From NCBI GenBank assembly GCA_963662545.2, contig CAXXLL010000002.1, forward strand, positions 2,208,001 through 2,272,000: a stretch of DNA of 64,000 nucleotides. Reading direction: 5' to 3'. The notes under the pieces were generated by a model that saw only the letters and a program-made list of their open reading frames with translations, was not told the DNA's origin and made no database searches. Positions 59,700 through 64,000 of the stretch are shown piece by piece. The stretch's first letter is position 1. Each line of letters begins with the position of its first letter. Both the position numbers and the translations under genes were made by a program. This stretch comes from Gammaproteobacteria bacterium. Its GTDB lineage: Bacteria; Pseudomonadota; Gammaproteobacteria; Ga0077536.

Positions 59700-59989
59700 C
59701 AGTGCCGTGACACACGTAGCACGATGTCATCACCGAGCGCTAACTCGATATCCCATTGTGCATTGGTTAATGGTTGTAACGGGGCCAACTCGACGAAACG
59801 TGTTTCCGCCTTCCCTATCTGAGCGTCCCTCGCTGACCTCGACTTCCTTTTACTGAACGTCGAATATCCAATTCCTCGCTCAGCACAGAATGCGCGGATC
59901 GATGAACCGCTTTGTGCCTGCTCCGCTAATAGGCCACGCCACTCATCCGCACTACGTCGTTTGTTCCGAGGTTTTCCGTGATCATTCAT
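59699..59989 (-). CDS. tnpA: IS66 accessory protein TnpA
   Basis: EWRGLLAEQAQSGSSIRAFCAERGI HTH and FVEL. Confidence 0.88.
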   Translation of the reverse strand: MNDHGKPRNKRRSADEWRGLLAEQAQSGSSIRAFCAERGIGYSTFSKRKSRSARDAQIGKAETRFVELAPLQPLTNAQWDIELALGDDIVLRVSRH

Positions 59990-60183
59990 TTACCAAGCTC
60001 CCGATTGACTGGGAAACCTGGCAAACTAAACCATCTGCCCGAGACCGTGAATAACGGCCTGGATTGACCGGTTACCTTGTTGGATCTGTCGTATTATGGG
60101 CGCAACTTTCATGAAATTGGGACGCGCGCCGGCGACGAGCAGCAATTTGATGGGACCAGGCATGCTCGATGAGTAGCCTACGG

Positions 60184-61137
60184 TCAGGTGTTCGCAGCGC
60201 GAGCTATCTTCGATCTCGAGCCGGTAATTTTCAGATCAACTTTCGCCCTCGCAAAATTTACTTTGAGGATCTCCTGTCCGCGGTCCGGAAAATCGAGGTC
60301 CACGGTTTCCGCTGTCATCCCTGCTCCGAACAACCCGCCCTTTATACGCTCCAGCGCCATGTTGTAGACAAGCTTGCCGGAAATCCTCGCGGCCCCCTCG
60401 GCAAACGCATATACCAGCGCGGTGTCGCACATCGAATTTATGAGCCTGGGTATGCCTCCACACTGATAATGGATCATTCTTCTTGCGAGAGGCACAAAAA
60501 TATTCTCGTCGCCTCCTGCAGTGGTAAGGCGGTGCACTATATAGCTGTCAGTTTCATCTGCCGCCAGAGGCGGCAGATGATAATCAACACCGATACGTTG
60601 AAAAAATTGTCGGAGTTCGGGTGCTCGCAGAGTAACGCGTAACTCGGGCTGCCCAACCAATACTAGCTGCAACACTAAATCTTTATCCGCATTTATGTTC
60701 GTCAATAATCGCAATTCTTCGATACTTGTAGCGTCTAGATTCTGCGCCTCGTCGATGATTAGCAGAGTGCGTTGTCCTTTCGCGTATTGGTCAATAAGAA
60801 ATTCACGAAAACGATCGAAAAGAATGGGTACCGGCTCATCGTTAAACGGCAAGCCGAATGATAAAGATACCCAATGGATTAGCGTCCCAAATGATTCATG
60901 AGCATTCGAAATTAGACCAACCGTAAGATCCTCGCCGATTTCATCCAGCAATTTCCGGATCAGAGTGGTTTTCCCAGATCCGATTTCTCCGGTAAGCACC
61001 GATATACCCAGGCGATTCGCCAGTCCGTATTGCAGCATCGTCAATCCGGTCGAATGCTTCGACCCAAGATACAGAAAGGCCGGATCAGGGAGCAGTGAAA
61101 ACGGTTTTTCGCTAAAGTTGTAGAAATTCTCGTACAC
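60184..61137 (-). CDS. ExeA-family AAA ATPase (exosortase-system associated)
   Basis: YENFYNFSEKPFSLLPDP, GEIGSGKT, IIDEAQ and LVGQPEL motifs. Confidence 0.92.
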   Translation of the reverse strand: MYENFYNFSEKPFSLLPDPAFLYLGSKHSTGLTMLQYGLANRLGISVLTGEIGSGKTTLIRKLLDEIGEDLTVGLISNAHESFGTLIHWVSLSFGLPFNDEPVPILFDRFREFLIDQYAKGQRTLLIIDEAQNLDATSIEELRLLTNINADKDLVLQLVLVGQPELRVTLRAPELRQFFQRIGVDYHLPPLAADETDSYIVHRLTTAGGDENIFVPLARRMIHYQCGGIPRLINSMCDTALVYAFAEGAARISGKLVYNMALERIKGGLFGAGMTAETVDLDFPDRGQEILKVNFARAKVDLKITGSRSKIARAANT

Positions 61138-61157
61138 CTTGTATCCCTATCAGATCC

Positions 61158-61970
61158 TTAAGGTGCATGTCCGTGTTCGCGTGAGACATTATTTAGAACC
61201 GTCCCCAGCAGATGCACTCCCTTCATCATCTCCACCGCACGTACGAGTTCATCCTTGGTCGTAACTCCGTCCTCCACGACCAGTAAGGTTGCATCGACAA
61301 AGGGAGAAAACGCAAGCATGTCATCCGTTGAAAGTAATGCCGGCAGATCACAAACAATGATCCGCGACGGATACCTTGATTTGAGTTCCTCGACAAGGCG
61401 AATCATCTTCGGCGATGCCAAGAGCTCGGAAGAATTCGACGTCGGCCTTCCAGCAGGAAGAACGACGAGGCGATCAATGCCAGGGTTGATCAGAATCTGA
61501 CTCAGTGGCAGGTCATCGAGTAAATAATCCACCAGACCATGCTCGATATGGTGCTCGAATCGCTCGTGGATACAAGGTTTTCGCAGATTTAGATCGACAA
61601 GCAATACCGTGCGATGAATTTCCTTCGCCAACGCCACTGAAAGATTAATCGCAGTTAAGGTCTTGCCGTGCCCAGCGCCAGGGCTCGTAACGGCGACGAC
61701 ATTCCAATTATTTGCCGCAAGCCGATGTTCAACCTGAGTGCGCAAAATCTTATAGGCCGTAGAAGCCTGCTCAGGTTCTCCGTTGACAATAATCTTGTTT
61801 CGTTTCAATACCTCGGCATTGATCGGAATAACGCGTGTTTGCGAATAGTTGATCTTTCCATCCGTATTCGTATGGGGGCTGTGGTCAGCCGATTCCGCTC
61901 TAATTTCCGATCCCGTATCACCCTGTGCTTGTGCCCGCGCCAGCTCCATCGCCTTTTTTATTTTTTCCAC
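61158..61970 (-). CDS. CpsD/CapB-family tyrosine kinase
   Basis: AYKILRT, TSPGAGHGKT, LVDLNLRKP and DLPALL motifs. Confidence 0.9.
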   Translation of the reverse strand: MEKIKKAMELARAQAQGDTGSEIRAESADHSPHTNTDGKINYSQTRVIPINAEVLKRNKIIVNGEPEQASTAYKILRTQVEHRLAANNWNVVAVTSPGAGHGKTLTAINLSVALAKEIHRTVLLVDLNLRKPCIHERFEHHIEHGLVDYLLDDLPLSQILINPGIDRLVVLPAGRPTSNSSELLASPKMIRLVEELKSRYPSRIIVCDLPALLSTDDMLAFSPFVDATLLVVEDGVTTKDELVRAVEMMKGVHLLGTVLNNVSREHGHAP

Positions 61971-61987
61971 AGGCCAACGTTTCCTGC

Positions 61988-63509
61988 TTATATGCCGATC
62001 TTTCTCAGCAACACGAACCAGAGCACATCGAGTGGTTTCACCGTCGTATGGACAGTCACTAATGCCGCCGCAATGACGACCACGGCGATTCCGGTCGCGA
62101 TACTCATCGATCTATACCTGTGAGTCCGCATCCCTTCATCCCTAATGCTAGGAATGATTGCCAGTGGCGGTGCGGTCAATAGATTCTGAATTCCACGACG
62201 CCCGCGTACTCGAGTATCCATGGCTTCCGCAATCCCAACGCTCCCTAGTCCAGCCGTCATCGCGAGCAAGGTCCCGACCAGCATGAGGGCTATTCGGTTT
62301 GGTTTAGAGGGACGTTCAGGGTGAATTGGCGGCTCGATCAGCACGAAACGCTCGCCCTTATTGTCTATCTCGAGGTTTTCAGATACACGCGCTTCCATCT
62401 GCTTCGCTGTGATTTCCTGGTATTTTTGAAGAGCGTTTTCATGTTCTCGCTGAAGAGCTCGGTACTCGGCCTCAACATCCGGAATCGAGAGCAGATAACC
62501 CGTGTGTCTATCTATCCTGCTTTGGAGTGCTCGACGTGTCTCGCTCAGCGTTCGGATTTCCGCCCGCAGCCGCTCAATTTGAGAGCGAATGCTTATATAT
62601 GCGGGGTTATCGGGTTCGCCCGGATCCAGGTTCGGGATCGATTCGAGTAATGTCCTAAGATTATCGACAACTCTTCTGGCTTTCTGAACATCAGGGTAAT
62701 TTTCGCCATATGTATCGACGAGTGCGGCTAGATCCTGGCTCTTGAGGACGAGTTGTTTTTCGTACAGGTCTTTTGCCTTGGCGGGGTCCACCTGCAATCG
62801 CAGCGCATCAACCTGCTTGTGAAGCCGTTTAACATCGGGGTGCGAATCCCCGTAGCCGGCCTCCGCAGCGACCAACTGCGATTCGGCGTCCATTAAACGC
62901 TGCAATGCAGCAAGCTCTGTCGGCGAAGCGGCTGCGAGGTAGGGCTCGATTTTTATCAGTTCTGCTTCAAAATAAATCAGCTGTTGCTCGGCGGAATGTT
63001 GGCGTTGCTCAATTTCCAAGTGTCGCATTTCAGCCCGGCTGATGATTTCTCGCGTGATACCCTCTAGTTCAGGGCGATTTTGAGGGTGATCGCGCTTGAA
63101 TTGCGCCAAACGTGCTTCAAATCCGGCCACGCGCTGCCTCAAACCTTCAGCTTCATCAGTGAGGAATTCGGAGGTCTCCGCCGCCGCTTTCGTGCGTGAC
63201 TTAATGTTTTCGTTCAGGAAAAGCGAAACCAGTTCGTTCGCGACCTTTTGCGCAGTGGCGGGAGCCGGGCTTTCATAGGAAATACGAAAGGCAATAGTCG
63301 CTTGCGTGGGTCGCCCACTCCGAGGGTCGACGACATCAGCACTGATCGTCTCCTGATCGATATCGTCGCGCATTTTCTCGACGACGATTTGGATAGGCTC
63401 TCGTTGTCTCTCATCTACATAAAGATCGAACTTCTCAATAATGCCGATCAAGTTTCGCGACGTCATAACCGTTTGGCCGATGACCTGAATACGTTGATCG
63501 GCGAAGCTA
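61988..63509 (-). pseudogene. Polysaccharide co-polymerase/chain-length regulator (GumC/Wzc-N-like), interrupted by IS630
   Basis: SFADQRIQV, coiled coil, YGDSHPDV and GERFVLIEPP..PSKPNR + TM. The N-terminal TM part is replaced by IS sequence beyond 63509. Confidence 0.85.
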
Positions 63510-64000
63510 AATAGGTGTTCCAAAAACTCGATCAAATAAAAAGAACTCAGGTGACATTCAGAGATCAGAGGTTGTATCGAGCAATCTACGTTCCCGAAAG
63601 AGGTCACCTGAGTATGGATAGTTTAGTGTCATTGACGCGCTCACAGAAACGTCGCTTTAAGCGGTTGATTCAACGCAGCGATAACGGGCGGGTGGTTCGC
63701 CGCGCTCAAGTCCTGTTGCAGTTAGTTTCAGGCGTCTCACCGACGGCCGTGTCACGCAGTTTGTCGGTCGCGCGTTCAACGGTTTATCGATGGGTCACGC
63801 AATTCCAGACCGCGGGTGAAGCCTTTCTCGAGGCGTGCGGCTCGGGCCGGCGGGCGTATACGGTGGATGACACCCTGTTGGAGACGCTCGCCGAGTTAGT
63901 TGAGCAGCCGCCCAGTGATTATGGCTACCTGCGCAGTACGTGGACGAGCGAGATGCTGGCCGAGACGCTGAATTCGTTGCTGTCACGGCCCATTCACGCC
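63510..64000 (+). mobile_element. IS630-family element, left part (runs off window)
   Basis: Begins after a TA at 63508-63509 (TA|AATAGGTGTTCC), exactly where the co-polymerase-like sequence stops. Confidence 0.8.
63614..64000 (+). CDS. IS630-family transposase, 3'-partial
   Basis: MDSLVSLTRSQKRR...RRAQVLL...VARSTVYRWV...PPSDYGYLRSTWTSEMLA. GAGGT upstream. Not in the ORF track. Confidence 0.87.
   Translation, partial: MDSLVSLTRSQKRRFKRLIQRSDNGRVVRRAQVLLQLVSGVSPTAVSRSLSVARSTVYRWVTQFQTAGEAFLEACGSGRRAYTVDDTLLETLAELVEQPPSDYGYLRSTWTSEMLAETLNSLLSRPIHA

Larger units (their letters stand above)
57721..60075 (-). mobile_element. IS66-family element (2355 bp)
   Basis: Terminal IRs GTAACCGGTCAA. The flanks GTTGTTGG / CTTGTTGG form an 8-bp TSD with 1 mismatch. 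Gene order is tnpA-tnpB-tnpC. Confidence 0.95.
56682..60163 (-). pseudogene. wecB: Non-hydrolysing UDP-GlcNAc 2-epimerase split by IS66
   Basis: The N-terminus MPGPIKLLLVAGARPNFMKVAPIIRQIQQ (60163-60077) joins in frame with RPLEFDFVLVHTGQHYD...TDSGGLQEE on the other side of the IS. Confidence 0.92.

Noticed and set aside
63510-63607. N-terminus MTSFGNVDC... of the co-polymerase ORF
   Set aside because: It is read from IS630 left-end sequence and is not the native start.

Overview
GC-rich proteobacterial (probably gammaproteobacterial) chromosomal window with two parts. (1) Positions 1-31.5 kb are a catabolic/redox region: a quinohemoprotein alcohol dehydrogenase, an OYE-type flavoenzyme, two luciferase-like oxidoreductases, SDRs, a translationally coupled FrhB-family + 2-oxoacid oxidoreductase alpha/beta operon with a divergent TetR, a CoA-transferase, an amidase, a Doc-type TA pair, ArnT and Kef. 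(2) Positions 31.6-64 kb hold a VPLPA-CTERM/exosortase D-linked Wzy-dependent exopolysaccharide locus with sulfo-, carbamoyl- and acetyltransferases. It is hit by three IS families (ISNCY-like, IS66, IS630). Main observations the ORF track misses: an exported HMA/MerP-like gene (3093-3401) whose GMTCxxC motif has an in-frame TGA at the first Cys followed by a SECIS-like hairpin (candidate selenoprotein); an IS that sits in the palindrome TAGCTA at all three independent loci; a multi-branched structured element beside a ~210-bp very AT-rich tract; many small deletion/duplication lesions; and a ~1.67-kb error-rich duplication that is probably an assembly artefact. All calls are by eye, with no database searches.
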